Source: Octopus vulgaris (Eukaryota). Taken from it: DNA of 64,000 bases. A program made the position numbers and the translations under genes. Shown here piece by piece: positions 15,061 to 29,101 of this stretch; position 1 is the stretch's first letter; each line of letters begins with the position of its first letter. Location: positions 22,444,001-22,508,000 of the forward strand of contig OX597834.1 in assembly GCA_951406725.2 (NCBI GenBank), written 5' to 3'. Under the pieces are notes generated by a model. The model had not been told where the DNA came from, searched no databases, and saw only the letters and a list, made by a program, of their open reading frames with translations.

Positions 15061-16529
15061 TTCACATACACGCACATAAATATATGTGCATTTGTGTGTA
15101 CACATGCATTTAAAATATATATAAATTTGAATATATATATATATACACTGCATAATATATGCCAAGTATAATGTTAACCTAGCTGTTCAGCTTATATAAC
15201 TAACTCAGCATCCTATTTTGGTTTATGGATGCATTTACAGTTCTCAGCCCTGCTGAAGAATGGCTCAGACACACATACATTCACCTGTACATCTAGGTAC
15301 ACAGACCTACCATCATTCTTTTCCTGGCCATCCAATCCCATTTTACAATGCATACATATGTATGTTTGTACATCATTAAGCTGGTGTCTAGAATATAAAT
15401 TAACATGAAATTTTGATGGAAAAGTTTTAATTTTGATCACTTTATGGCAACAAGTTTATATGATAGAAGCAGGAGCAGTCTCAAAAGGGTTAAAATGCTC
15501 CCAAGCTAGCAGGCAGGGAACCAGAAGCTCTGGTTCAAACGTTTGCTATTCTATAAGAAAGCAAAAAAGGTTCCACTTAACTCTTTTGTTACCATTTTTC
15601 TCTTGAAAAACACTGCCTAATTTTCAATTAATTTTGAAAATACGGAAGAACTTAGTAAAATATCTTTTGTCCTTATCAATCTGGTGTTTGGGACATGAAT
15701 CAACATGAAATTTTGATGGAAAGTTTTAATTTAGATCACTTTAAAACTAGAAGCTTGTATCATAGGGTGGTGGTCTTAAGTGGATTGACATTAGAACAGT
15801 TAAGTTCCATAGATTTGTTCATTGTGTAATTGTTTGATTTGCAGTGAATCATAGATAAGTTTGTTGACCATGTGAATGTTGTATCTTATTGCCAGGCACC
15901 CCATCCACCCCTCCAAAAATAGATTCATTTAAAATGTAAATAGTGTGTATAGCTTTGAAGCTATTTACACATTTTCTGTTGTAGCTAGCAATAAATCTTG
16001 CTGCATAAATTCCTTATAATACAAGAAAGTCTAGATGAATTATGTGGTCATATATGTGTGTGGAAGCTAAAGTATATTGGTACAAATGTTTCCTTCTGTC
16101 TTCTTAGACCAAACCAAAATGTGACATAGCTTTCATCATCATCATCATCATCATCATCACTCCTACCACTGCCACCAACATCACTAGAACTTTGCCCCCT
16201 ACTCCCATTAGTTTGGAATATTTTTTTTTAATAAACTTCAGTTGTCTACACTTAATTATTGATTCCAAATCGATTGATTGATTCTTAAATTCCTAACTTA
16301 GTGCTATCAATCAAACATACTTTTATTTAACATAGTCACATCTTCAGTTTATAAACTTCAAATCATAATAGTTTACCTATTGATTTTTTTCTAATCAACT
16401 AATTGAATCTTATCTTTATCAATTAAACATTCTGTACAAACTTTCTATCTTTCTTCATGTATCTTTGTTTCTCTCTCTCTCTCTCATTCTTGCTTCCTCT
16501 CTCTCTCATTCTTGCTTCCTCTCTCTCTC

Positions 16530-16604
<75 letters not shown>

Positions 16605-16802
16605 ATATATTTACTTATATATTCCAGATATTTGATTTTTAAAAATGCTGAAAATGTGCAAAATTAAAATTATATACTACTTAATTATATAACTCATTAA
16701 TAATATTCGGTTCATTGAAGCAGATCTCTCACTTTCAGTGAAGTATTTTAGGAATTGCAAACAAATATTAGAGCATATAATAACTGTACTCTTATGAGTT
16801 TC

Positions 16803-16856
<54 letters not shown>

Positions 16857-17037
16857 TCATCATCATCATCGTTTAACGTCCGTTCTCCATGCTAGCATGG
16901 GTTGGACGGTTCGACCGGGATCTGGGAAGCCAGAAGGCTGCACCAGGCTCCAGTCCTATCTGGCAATGTTTCTACAGCTGGATGCCCTTCCTAACGCCAA
17001 CCACTCCGTGAGTGTAGTGGCTGCTTTTTACGTGCCA

Positions 17038-17091
<54 letters not shown>

Positions 17092-17295
17092 ATATCATCT
17101 GGGTAATAACCACATAATGTATATGTCAAAGCTCCTATACTGCTATTGGCTACCATATGCCATCATGCAGCTGGGGTACTCCTTATACTGGATATACATG
17201 TGGAAATCCATTAGTGTATGCAGAATTCATATAAAAATTATAAAACAAGAAAATGGAATGAACAGGCTGTAATAATTAAAGCTTATTCATTCCAT

Positions 17296-17349
<54 letters not shown>

Positions 17350-20300
17350 AATGATGTGAAAGCAAATAATGATATTTTGAAATTATTTAATACGTATGTT
17401 TACATAATATATACTAGGAAATGTATCCATTATGTAAGCTTTCCTCAGTTAAAGCATTTCACAGTATACATATGGCGGTGCCCCAGCATGGCCACAGCTC
17501 GTGAGCTAAAACTAGATAAAATTAAAAAAATATAGGTTCAACTTGAGCACATCTATGCGGTCTGTGTGTTTTGTAAGAAAAATATAACTATACACACGTG
17601 TGTGTGTGTATAAACCCATACTGACTAGTTGATGTATATTGATAAAATATATCTACAGTATTTAAGAACTCAATTATTAATGTATTGTTGAAATACTAAT
17701 ACATCTATTACAATGTAATAAATATTGGTTGAATGGACTTGTATGTCTACACACAGAATCGGTTAAAGTCATAGTTGAGAGCAACCTAGTTAGAATAGTG
17801 TAAAGCAGAAAAGTGTAAATTTCACATCCACAGGAATTGTCTGTGTGTTTCCATCTTCATGTCTCTATGTTTAATTATTGATGTATGTGAATAATAAAGT
17901 CTAAAATCTTTGTATAGGACTTACAGACGCAAGGAACGAGAGCTTATTTAGGGGTTTCTCAGGTATTAAGGTAACTTAGTGTATGAGACTGGCCTCTGAG
18001 TGCTACTCCAGTCCTTCGTGAGGCTGACCTACAGCTACCTCATGTAGGAGTCAATTTAATCAACTACAAATCAAGGGCTGGAGTCTGTAAATGTCATCTG
18101 TCAAGTTCTGATGTTGATGGCATTGACTAACCCTTTCCCTGAAAATTGGTGTCCTGAGCTAGCAGAATTGTTATGGTATCAGACAAAATACTGAGCAGCA
18201 TTCCTTGCTAGTGTTTTACATTCTGAGTTCAAATTGCACTGGGGTCAACTTTATTTTTCATCTTTTGGGATCGATAAAATAAAGTACCAGTTAAATACTG
18301 AGGTTGCTGTAATTGACTTTTCCCTCCCCTCAAAAATTACTGGTCTTGTGCCAGAATTAGAAAGAATATTAATTCAAATTACTCGATAATATAATTTTGT
18401 ATAAGACACAGTATCACATAGGGATATCCTTCAGTCAGCTGGTCATGAAATACATGATATCACAAAAATCATACTAGCCTTGTTAACATTCATTCTGGAA
18501 GAAGTGAGCCATTCTCATCCTGTCTATCAATTCTGTTCTTTTACTGAATTATTGCAGGACTGGAATTTCAACTTAGAAACATTCAATAGAATATTAAATG
18601 TTAATTAAAGTTCATAATATTCCTCAGATCTTAGCATATAGGTGCAGGTGTTGCTGTATGGTTAAGAAGATTGCTTCCCAACCACATGGTTATAGGTTCA
18701 GTCCCACTGTCTTGTACCTTGGTTGAGCATTTTCTGTTATATCCCCAGGCCTGCCAAAACCTTGTGAATGGATTTGATAGATGGAAACTGAAGGAATCCC
18801 ATCGTGTATATACATATATATATATGTCATCATCATCATCATCATCATCGTTTAGCGTCCGTTTTCCATGCTAGCATGGGTTGGACGGTTCTACTGGGGT
18901 CTGTGAAGCCAGAAGGCTTCATCAGGCCCAGTCAAATCTGGCAGTGTTTCTATGGCTGGATGCCCTTCCTAACGCCAACCACTCCGTGAGTGTAGTGGAT
19001 GCTTTTTATATGTATATATATGTATATATATATACATATACACAGTATCACACATACATATACACACATACACATGTAAGCATGTGTATTTTTGACTCCT
19101 TGTCTTGACATCTCATGATAATTGTAAATGAGTGTCACTGACATACAAGCAGTGTCGTTTCCAATGTCCTGCAAGAGCTTGTTTAACCCTTGGGAAATAT
19201 TAGCTTGCTTGGAAACAGGTAATAGTTGGCAACAGGAAGAACATCCAGTCATAGAAAATCTGACTCAATAAACTCTATCTGATGCATGCAAACATGGAAA
19301 AGTGAATGTTAAAACAATGATGATGATGATGATGATGGCAGTTGTAAGGACTTAAAGAATTTGAAGCTAAATAAGTAAATTTCAGACACAAGAAGTGGTA
19401 GGTGACTTCCAGAGTGAACTTGGCTTCACAGCTCAGTATTTGACTCCCAGTTATTACAGATTTCTCACTTTACTTTTGTGTCGCTAATGTTCTTTATGAA
19501 CAACGTAAACATTACACAACTTTTCTCCATTTTATCTCCTATATGGCCTTCTGCTTTTAAAACATCAATAAGGAATCAATATATTTTATGAAACAAATGA
19601 ATAAATATTGAACCCATGGTTTAAGTTTCCTCAGATAATTGCCATTAAAACACTTTTAGATCCAAAGAGAAAATTTTTTTTTTTTTTGTAAATTTATGTT
19701 TATCTTCAAAGATTCTTCCAGAAATATAAAACTATGATCTCTTTTGTCATATCTTCGATCACCATTATCATTTCATCTTTCTCTTCTTTCCACTTTAATT
19801 CACACTCAGCATCTTCCAACGTTAGTTTTGGTTTTTTTCTTTATGCTAACTTTGTAGAATATCTTGTTTCATCTTTCACTATTGCCGTTATCCCTATTAC
19901 AAACAGAATCATTAGTGTTTTCAACATCATCACCACCCTTCACTCAGCCCAATAAAACTGCCAAATCTCCATCAATAAACCCGTTATTCATTTCAGAAAG
20001 ATGGTCCCTGCATTTGTTTGGGTTTATATTCAATATTTTCATTATTGTCAAAATACGCTTCATCTGTTTCAATTAATTTTTAAAATAATGAAGAATTTAG
20101 TATGAAATAAGTTTGTCATTATTAATCCATTATTTGAAATTAACATGAAATTTTAATGGTAAATTTTAATTTAGATAATTTTAAAACAGGGTGTTTGTAC
20201 CATGGAACCATGGGTGGGAATGTTTCAGGTGGTTTGGTGTGCTTAAAACAGGAAACTTGTATCATAGAACTTGGTTAGTTGGTATGAAAAGGGTTAATTC

Positions 20301-20589
20301 TTCACCTTAAATTAATAACGTGACTCAATAAAGATGTGATGGCTGTAGTTTGGAATGGTAACTTGTTCAATCAATTTCATTGTGAAGATGCATAGCTTAG
20401 TGGTTCATGATCCTAGGGTCCTGAGTTCAATTCCCACTAGCAATGTGTTGTGCCCTTTAGAAAGACACTTATTTCATGTTGCTCCATGCCACTCTGATGG
20501 TAATAGTGAGTTGTACTTATAATTCAAAGGGGCCAGCCTTGTCACACTCAATCTCCCTGAGAATTATGTTAAGGGTATGCATGTCTCTA

Positions 20590-20821
20590 AGGCGGCGAGC
20601 TGGCAGAATCGTTAGCATGCCGGGCAAAATGCTTAACGGTATTTCGTCTGCTGTTACGTTCTGAGTTCAAATGCCGCCGAGGTCGACTTTGCCTTTCATC
20701 CTTTCGGGGTCGATTAACTAAGTTCCAGTTACACACTGGGGTCAATATAATCAACTTAATCCATTTGTCAATCCTTGTTTGTCCCCTCTGTGTTTAGCCC
20801 CTTGTGGGTAGTAAAGAAATA
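20590..20821 (+). mobile_element. tRNA-derived SINE, family B (Meta-domain-like core), nested in a family D SINE
   Basis: ggcggcgagctggcagaatcgttag...gagttcaaat...gtcgactttgcctttcatcctttcggggtcgat; 16-bp TSD ggtatgcatgtctcta at 20574-20589 and 20822-20837. Other copies: ~5083-5305, 9838-10065, 10462-10670, 18155-18370, 23708-23920, 27075-27285(-), 28005-28386(-), 61579-61790, 62030-62180(-). Confidence 0.85.
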
Positions 20822-21520
20822 GGTATGCATGTCTCTAGAGAGCTCATGTTAATTTCATGAGCATGCTGTTCCTTTGAACAGATCAACTGAGACGATCACT
20901 GTCGTGGCCGATGGGAGCTTCTTGGTGGTTGCTGAACCAGTCAGAAAAAGCAGTCAAATCTTCCTCAAATCACACTCCACTGTCTTAGATCAAGAAATCT
21001 GGTTTCCAAACAAATATCCCCATCTCCACCAGCACTTAAAAGAAACGAGTGAAATTTTTAGCTCCTCCTTCTGCTCTGCAATAATGAAAAATATAAATAA
21101 AAATAGATTTTCGGCCCCACCTAGGTCTTCTTTATTCTTCATTATGGTGTAGGGCTAATTAAATTTTATAATCAGGAAGTTTGTATCCTAGAATCAGGGC
21201 AATTTCATGCAGATTGGTATTGAAAGGGTCAAAAGGCTTCTAAGTTAGCAGGCAGGGAACCAGAAAGGTAGAGAAGCATCCTCTTAACAACTTCTTAACT
21301 CTTCTGTTTCAATATTTCTGTTGAAACACTCAGTTTCAATTAATTTGGAAAATAATGAAGAATTTAGTAACTTAACTTTGTCATAATCTGGTGTTTGGGA
21401 CATAAATTAACATAAAATTTTGATGAGAAAAGGTTTTGATTGATATGACTTCAAATGGAGGCTTGTGTATTGTATATCGTAGAATCAGGAGCAGTCTCAG
21501 GCAGATTGATATCAAAATGG

Positions 21521-21747
21521 TTAACCCTTTAGTATTTAAGCCGGCCATATCTGGCCAAAATAGTTAATCTGTTTTATGTTCAAACTGACCAGATCCAGGC
21601 TCTCACACCTACCCTACAATGTTATTCTACATTAAGTAATTACACCATCAAGATGGTGAAGATATGAGATAATGCATAATTAATTCAAATCAATGTGAAT
21701 CAATTAGCATTATGTTTGATAGAATAATCTGAACAGTAAAGGGTTAA
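21521..21747. mobile_element. piggyBac-like (TTAA|CCC) MITE, family 1
   Basis: ttaacccttt...aaagggttaa. Further copies at 60197-60413 (reverse), ~28820-29030, ~2765-3173, and partial at 60960-61085. Confidence 0.75.
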
Positions 21748-23246
21748 ATATGGTAACTTTGCCTGATTCTTCCGTAGTCCTTATAAAATCCCTTTATAAG
21801 AAACACTGTATTAGATAAAATGTGTCTTGATTTCTTGTACAAAGGACAAACACTGGATGGTCGTGACTGGAAAACGTTTGATCATACAACTGCTTGATCA
21901 GGGTTTGACCTAGGGTTAAAAAAAAATAACAAGAACAAGTTGAGCAGAACTGATGAATTAATTCACAACATTTTGTTTTTGTCTTTTCTGATGTTGGAAT
22001 CATTTAGAGAGAGAGAGAGAGAGAGAGAGAGGGAATCAGACAGCAATAAAGAGATTGAGAGAACGGTTGTAGAAGAAGTGACTCTACGACAGATATAATT
22101 TATTAAACAGAATTAAACGACTGCGAGCTTAACAAGAGACATTTTTTGGTAAGATACCTTTAATTAACAGACAGACGGTACCAATGCAACTCTAAGTATT
22201 CGTGCAATGTTTTATTTCTGTTCTATTCTACTTGGTGAAAACTGCTAAGTACCTTTGCAATATATTCTCATCAATCATCCATGATTTTTTGCTGTGTAAT
22301 AATCTTTGTTGTATGTATTATAGAAATATTTCTGGCTGGGCGGGGATATTTTTTTTTCTGTTTCTTATTTTTGTGTTTCTTTTCCTTCAATCACTTTTTT
22401 TTTTTACTTAGTTCTTCATTTGTTGGGAGGGTTTTTTTGGTTTGTTTTTGTTGAGTTTTCTGAGGGGTTTTTTCTCTTTTTTTTTTTCATTTTTCTTTTT
22501 TCTTTTTCTTTCCAAATTTATTTATTTGTAACACTTTGAAATATCTTCTTAGATATTTTTTATCTTTTAAATTTAAATATTAACTAACACTGGAATTTAA
22601 AAAAAAAAAAATTAACATTATTTATTGACTGACACAAACCTGCTGTTTATTTTATTTTTCCCTTTTTTTTATTTTTAATTTTTTTATATATATATCTATA
22701 CCTATCTATCTATTGACTTTGCTATTTTTTACTTTTGGGGGTGAAATTTTCAATTCCTTTGTACTTCACTTGCCAAACAAACCAATTCCTAATTCTAGCT
22801 GTACATATATATATATATATATCTATAACTGCCTGTAACCTTCATTTATTCAATTTTAATTTCAAGAACATTAACAAATTTAACCTCCCCCTTGTCAAAA
22901 AAAAACCCATCTCCTCACCTCACCTCACCTATCTCCTCTTTTCCTCCTCCCTTCCCATTTTCCTGCCTAGTATTATTAGAAATTTAATCTCCCCATCAAA
23001 AAAGCAAAAAAAAAAATACACCAAAAAAATAATAATAACGTAAAAATGTGTGTACATAAATTAATTTATTCGAAAATTGCTATTATGTCTCTTAATAACA
23101 GACCTAATACTGTCTCCTCCTCCTCCTCCTCTTCCCACCTTTCACTTTTTGCATACTAGTCAATTTTAAGCGTGTTGCAATACTGTGAATATTTACTTCA
23201 TATATTTTGAGTCAATGAAATGTTAATTAGATCATGTGTATTGCAT

Positions 23247-23252
23247 AATAAA
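23247..23252 (+). promoter_or_regulatory. Candidate polyadenylation signal
   Basis: AATAAA at the end of a TE-free, U-rich block (22000-23300), preceded by TGTA and followed by a G/T-rich tract (ttgtgtctttgttgatttctttcc). Confidence 0.35.
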
Positions 23253-23671
23253 GATTTCTATTTTTGTTCATAATTGTGTCTTTGTTGATTTCTTTCCTTT
23301 ATGAATTAATTAACATAAATTAACATAAGTTTTATTCCATTCCAGATTTCTCAGGTATGTGAAATTATTGTCTTTGTTGTACATTGATATATTTGGATTG
23401 GTGTCCTCATCTTCTTCTTTGTTATATGGTCACACTATTTCAGCTGTTGTACTTTCCAGCCATCTTCAGGTGCCTGTCATATTTAGTACCAATTTTCAGA
23501 ATCTTAAGCCATTCTTTTATTATCTTTACTAGACCCAACCAAGGTAGATTCTTTCATTCCATACCAAGAATATTCTCTTATTTGTAATGCCTTCTGCTCA
23601 TTCCTCTTGAACCAGGATGTGCAAGTATGTATGACTATGTGTATGTGTATATACATGTTGTTGTTATTATT

Positions 23672-23703
<32 letters not shown>

Positions 23704-24879
23704 ATAAAGCGGTAAGCTGGCAGAATCGTTAGCACACCGGGCAAAATGCTTAACAGTATTTCATCTGCTGCTATGTTTTGAGTTCAGATTCCATTGAGGT
23801 CATCTTTGCCCTTCATCCTTTTCAGGCTCAATAAATCAAGTACCAGTTGAGTACTGGGGTTGATGTGATTGACTGTCCCCCTCACAAAATCCAGGCCTTG
23901 TGCCTATAGTAGAAAGGATTATGACAACAATAATAATAATAATAATAATAATAACATACACACACATACATTATGTGTGAAGGTTCAGGACCTAGTTAAT
24001 GGTTAGGCATGTTGCACTCTCAATCTCACCACTGTGGTTTTGGTTCCCAGACCGTCTTCATGTTGTATACTTGAGCAAAGCACTTTATTTCACATTGTTC
24101 CAGTCCATGCACCTACAGATGGGTAACCCTGCAACGGATTAGCCCTCCAATCAAGGACAATGTTGGCCTGCTTGCCTATCCAACTGGGTAGCATCATTCA
24201 AAAGCTAAAACGATGCAAAGCACATTGTGACCAGCGATGTATAACATCTGATAGCCTGGTTGATCACACAATACACACACACACAAGTTCAAGCCAAATG
24301 ACCACAGAGCATCACAAGCAGAAAAATAACTAGAGAACATCTATAGTTTAGATAATGAAATGAGGACAATGTACCCTGGGTGGAATTTAATAAAGGAATT
24401 GGTTTAAAACTCTGAGAATCTTACCTAATAAACAAGTACCTGAAGGTGACTGGAGAATACAACAGCTGAAACATTGTGACTATAACAACCGAAACATTGT
24501 GACTATAACAACCAACGCCATTAGAACAACAGTCTGAACATAACAATGTATAATGACAAAATTTATTGTTGAAAATAACTAAACAAAGTTTATTTTTAAT
24601 TAATTAATGTTCATTTTTCTAATTAATTAACTAACTAACTCAAGTTTGTTAATGAACTTCGTACTTTACATACAAATACTCCATGGCATCTTTAAACACT
24701 TTTATTACCACATTTCTGTTAAAATACACTGATTTGTTTCAATTAATTTTGAAAAATAAAATGAGTCATTATTAAACTAGTGTTTGAAACAAATCAATTT
24801 GAATTTTTGATGGAAAGTCTTAATTAAGATCACTTTAACTCTTTTGTTACCATATTTATGTTGAAATACATTTTGTTTA

Positions 24880-26470
24880 AATTAAGTTAATTTTTGGCTC
24901 AAAAAGCAAAAGTAAGGCCATGTAGGGGGACATGGAGTTATGTACAGGGAGGGTGTTCATACAAAGAGTTCAGGCCATTTCTGGTCAAGAGAGACTTTGA
25001 ACCGAGCGATCGTCGGCATCTTCACTATCTCGTCCGGCAGCTTATTCCACGGATCCGCAACCCAGACGGAGAAAGCCCCTCTCCTATTGAGATGAAATCG
25101 TCGCAGATAGAGCTTTTCGGAGTGACCCTGCAGCTGATGCTCTGGAGCAGGAGTGAAGAACAGCTCTTTCGAGAGGTTATACTTTCCGCTTATGATGTTG
25201 TGAGCGAGAATGAGATCACCACAGCGGTGGCGTTTTTCTAGAGAATAAAGGTCAAGCATCTTCAGCCTTTCTTCATAAGACAAATGCTTGAGACCAAGAA
25301 CCATGCGGGTAGCCAGCTTCTGGACTCTTTCGAGATGATGTATGTCTTTGAGGAGATAAGGAGAAGAGGCTTGAATCCCGTACTCCAATATGGGTCTCAC
25401 CAGCGTGACATAGAGCGGTAGGAATATGGCTGCTGTGAGCATTCCGAATGACCGTCGAATCAAAAACACAACTCTGCATGCTTTGTTGGCAGCATGGACG
25501 CATTGGGCCGAAGGCGAAAAGGAAGAATCCACAAAGATACCCAGGTCCTTTACCTGGTCAGTCATCTCCAGCAGCAGACGACCCGGCTCGAAATCAAGTT
25601 GAGTTGCAGGAGAGGAGCCAACAAGCAGATGACAGCACTTTGACACGTTCAGACACAGGTCCCATTCGTTTGACCATCTCCAAACTTGTTGGAGGCATCC
25701 ACAAAGATCATCTATAACACTGCAAGGAGTGACCAGTTTGACATCGTCGGCAAATAGAAGGGTGTGTTGCGTGAGGTCGTCGGGCAAGTCATTTATGAAG
25801 ACTAAAAATAATAAGGGCCCAAGCACTGAACCATGAGGCATGCCACTGCTCGCACTGGAGACATCGGACAGCGAACCATTAACTTGGACTTGGAAGGAGC
25901 GATCTGAGAGGAAGGCACCAACCCATCGTACAATATCCGGATGGAAACTATATGCTTGAAGCTTGACAAGTAATAGGCGGTGGTTAACCGAGTCAAAAGC
26001 TTTGGCAAAGTCCAATAAAACGATGTCAACAGCATCACCATCATCCAGGATACACGTCACCAATTCTTCCATTACCAGTAAGTTGGTCAAGCATGATCTC
26101 TTCAGCACGAAGCCGTGTTGGGAATCAAAGATAGAGGCTGTGTTTTGGAGGTGAAGCAACATACTTTTCTTGAGGATGGTTTCGAACATCTTACTGATTA
26201 TTGAAGGGAAACCGGTCGGTAGTTAAGCGGGTCTTTGCGGCTCCCTTTCTTGAAAATCGGGCAGATTATCGCTGTTCTCCAGTCCGCACGTACAACACCC
26301 ATCGCCAATGACATATTGAATAGAAGTGTTAAAGGATCGCAGATGACCAGAGCCAACGCTTTGATAACCTGTGGGTGTATGCCGTCAGAGCCGTGACCCT
26401 TGTTGACATCGAGGCCTTGAATGACGCTTTCGACTTCGTCCCGAGTGATGACCAATCTAGGCATATCATA
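24880..26470 (-). mobile_element. 5'-truncated CR1-clade-like LINE (RT domain and C-terminus)
   Basis: ORF 24957-26189 (410 aa) with QHGF...RSCLTNL, LDFAKAFDSV, GMPHGSVLGPLLF, FADD, KDLG, RPILEY, LERVQ. Upstream frameshifted ORF 26198-26464 (PIFKKGSRKDPLNYRPVSL). Visibly more GC-rich than the flanks; interrupts a TTAA-type MITE. Confidence 0.92.
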
Positions 26471-29101
26471 GTCATTATTAAGTTGGTGTCAGAATATAAA
26501 TTAGCATGAAATTTTGGTGGAAGGTTTTAAAACAGGAAGTTTGTATCAAAGAACCAGGAATGGTCTCAGGTAGATTGGCATCAAAAGGATAAAGAAACTT
26601 TTAATTTGACATATAAGCAATCAAGAGAGTATAATGCTCTTTCCTGACCCTGGAAGAAACACCAGTCCATCACATCCTCAGCTATTACTGATATCCATTT
26701 ACACCTGAATGGACTGGAATAATGAGAAGTGAAGTTCATGAACATAGTAACACTGCCCAATCTGGGAATTGAAACCATGAGCCTAATGACCCTGAGTACA
26801 ATACCCTAACCACTAGACTATGCATTTTTCATCATTTATTAAAGAAAGGCTTTTCATATTGGCAAATAGTCACTCCCCTGTGGCAGGGCACTTGAACCTT
26901 AGTATTTAACTGGTATCCATTTTATTGACTCCAGAGTGATGAGTGGCTAAGTCAACCACAATTGTGAACTTAGAATGTTAAGAGGATTAATTAAATATGG
27001 GAAGTCAATTTGTTCAACACTTTCTTAATTTTGTCATCATCATCATCATCATCATAATAATAATAATAATAATAGTTTCAGATTTTGGCACAAGGCCAGC
27101 ACTTTTAGGGGAGAAGTAAGTCAATTACATCCACCCACAGTATTCAGCTGGTACTTATTTTATTGACCCCGAAAAGGATGAAAGGCAAACTCAGCTTCAG
27201 TAGAGTTTGAACTCAGAATGTAAAGATGTACAAAATGCCACCAACTGTTTTGTTCTGGAGACTAACAATTCTGCTAACTTACCATTTTCATGCTAAAGAA
27301 ATATTTCTTTTTTTTTTTTAAGTTGCAAGACACTTAAGAACTGGGGTTCTTAATCTCCCTAGGAGTATTTTGAGCTCACAAAGGGCAAAAGGTATTGTGT
27401 GTTTAAATGGAGAGCATGGTTTTTCTTAGAAATGAAATCTCTTAACTCCTTTGATACCAACTTGCCTGAGACTGCCCCTGGTTCTTGTACAGAAATGCAA
27501 TCTAAATGAAAATCTTCCATGTTAATTTATGTTCCAAACACTAGATTAACCCTTTCATTACCAACTTGGCTGAAACCGCCTCTGGCTTTATAGTACAAAT
27601 GCCTTATTTTCATGAGTTTTGAATTAAAACCTTCCACCAAACCTTAGTCACAATTTATGTTCCTAACACTATCTGAATTACAACTAAGTCATTTTACTAA
27701 ATTCTCTGTTATATTTAAAATTAATTGAAAGAAATACAGAGCATCTCAACAGAAATACAGTAACGAAAAAGTTAATAATCTTTTCTACTATAGGCACTCA
27801 GAAAGTAAAGACAAATGAAATTTTGTCCCGACATCAGTTCATTGATTCTGTCAGCTCACCACCTTAAAGACCAGGTAAATGACAAAATTATTTAATAAAT
27901 GCTTCATTATTTTAAAAATTAATTCAAATAAAGGCAGTGAACTTCAATAGAAATATGGTAACAAAAGGGTTAAGTAGATCTTTCTCTATCTTTCACAGAA
28001 TCTTTTCTACTCTAGGCACAAGGCCCAAAATTTTGGGGAAGGGGCCAGTCGATTAGATCAACACCAGTACTAAGGAATTTATATACAATTATAAATTGCC
28101 AGTACCATTTGCAGAGAAACACCCCCACACCATGATGTTGCCACCTCCAAACTTTATGGTAGGAATTGTGTTTTTCGGTGAATAGGCAGTACCATCTTTC
28201 CTTCCAAATATGGCTACATGAATTTCTTCCAAACAATTCAATTTTAGACTGTTACTTAATTTATCGATTCTGAGAGGATGAAAGGCAAAGTCGACTTTGG
28301 TGGAATTTGAACTCAGAACGTAAAGACAGATGAAATACTGCTAAGCATTTCACCTGGCATGCTAATGTTTCTGCCAGCTTGCCGCCGTTCTGCCTTTTGC
28401 AGAATGGCAAACATTTGAACCAAACTTTTTGGTTCCTTACCTGCCAACTTACAAGATTCTTAACCGTTCTGATACCAACTCAGCTGAGACTGTGCCTGGT
28501 TCTATGATACAAATTTCCATGTTTTTAAGTGATCTAAATTATAATCTTCCATTCAAATTTCATGTTATGTTCCGGTCATCAGATTAATAATGACAAACTT
28601 ATCTTAATTAATTCTTTTTATATTTTTAATAAACTGAAAAAAGAAAATGGCAATATATTTCAATAGAAATTTGATAACAAAAGAGTTAAACCAGTTAGAG
28701 ATTTTATACTTTAAACAACATTTTCAAAAAATTTTTGGTCAAGATTAGATGAATCAAACATTCTATTGTCAGTAAGCTGAAACAGGACTGATGATGTGTT
28801 AAGGGCCAACATAGCTTCATTGACCCTTTAGCATTTAAACTGGCCATATCCAGCCAAAATATTCTACCTGTTTTATGTTCAAACCAGCCAGATTTGGCCT
28901 CTCACATCTGCCCTGCAATATCATTCTGCATATAAACAATCAGGTCATTGAAATCTCAAAGATTAAATCAAATCAATGGGAATAAAGAAGCATTGCATTT
29001 GACAGAATAATCTGAATGTTAAAGGATTAAATAAGGGAAAAATAACAAGCAAATCACTCCTATATTGCATTCTTTACTGTTGAAAACAGGACTCATTGGA
29101 T

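Noticed and set aside
24894-26154. Plus-strand ORFs overlapping the CR1-like element
   Set aside because: Antisense or alternate-frame shadows of the RT coding sequence.
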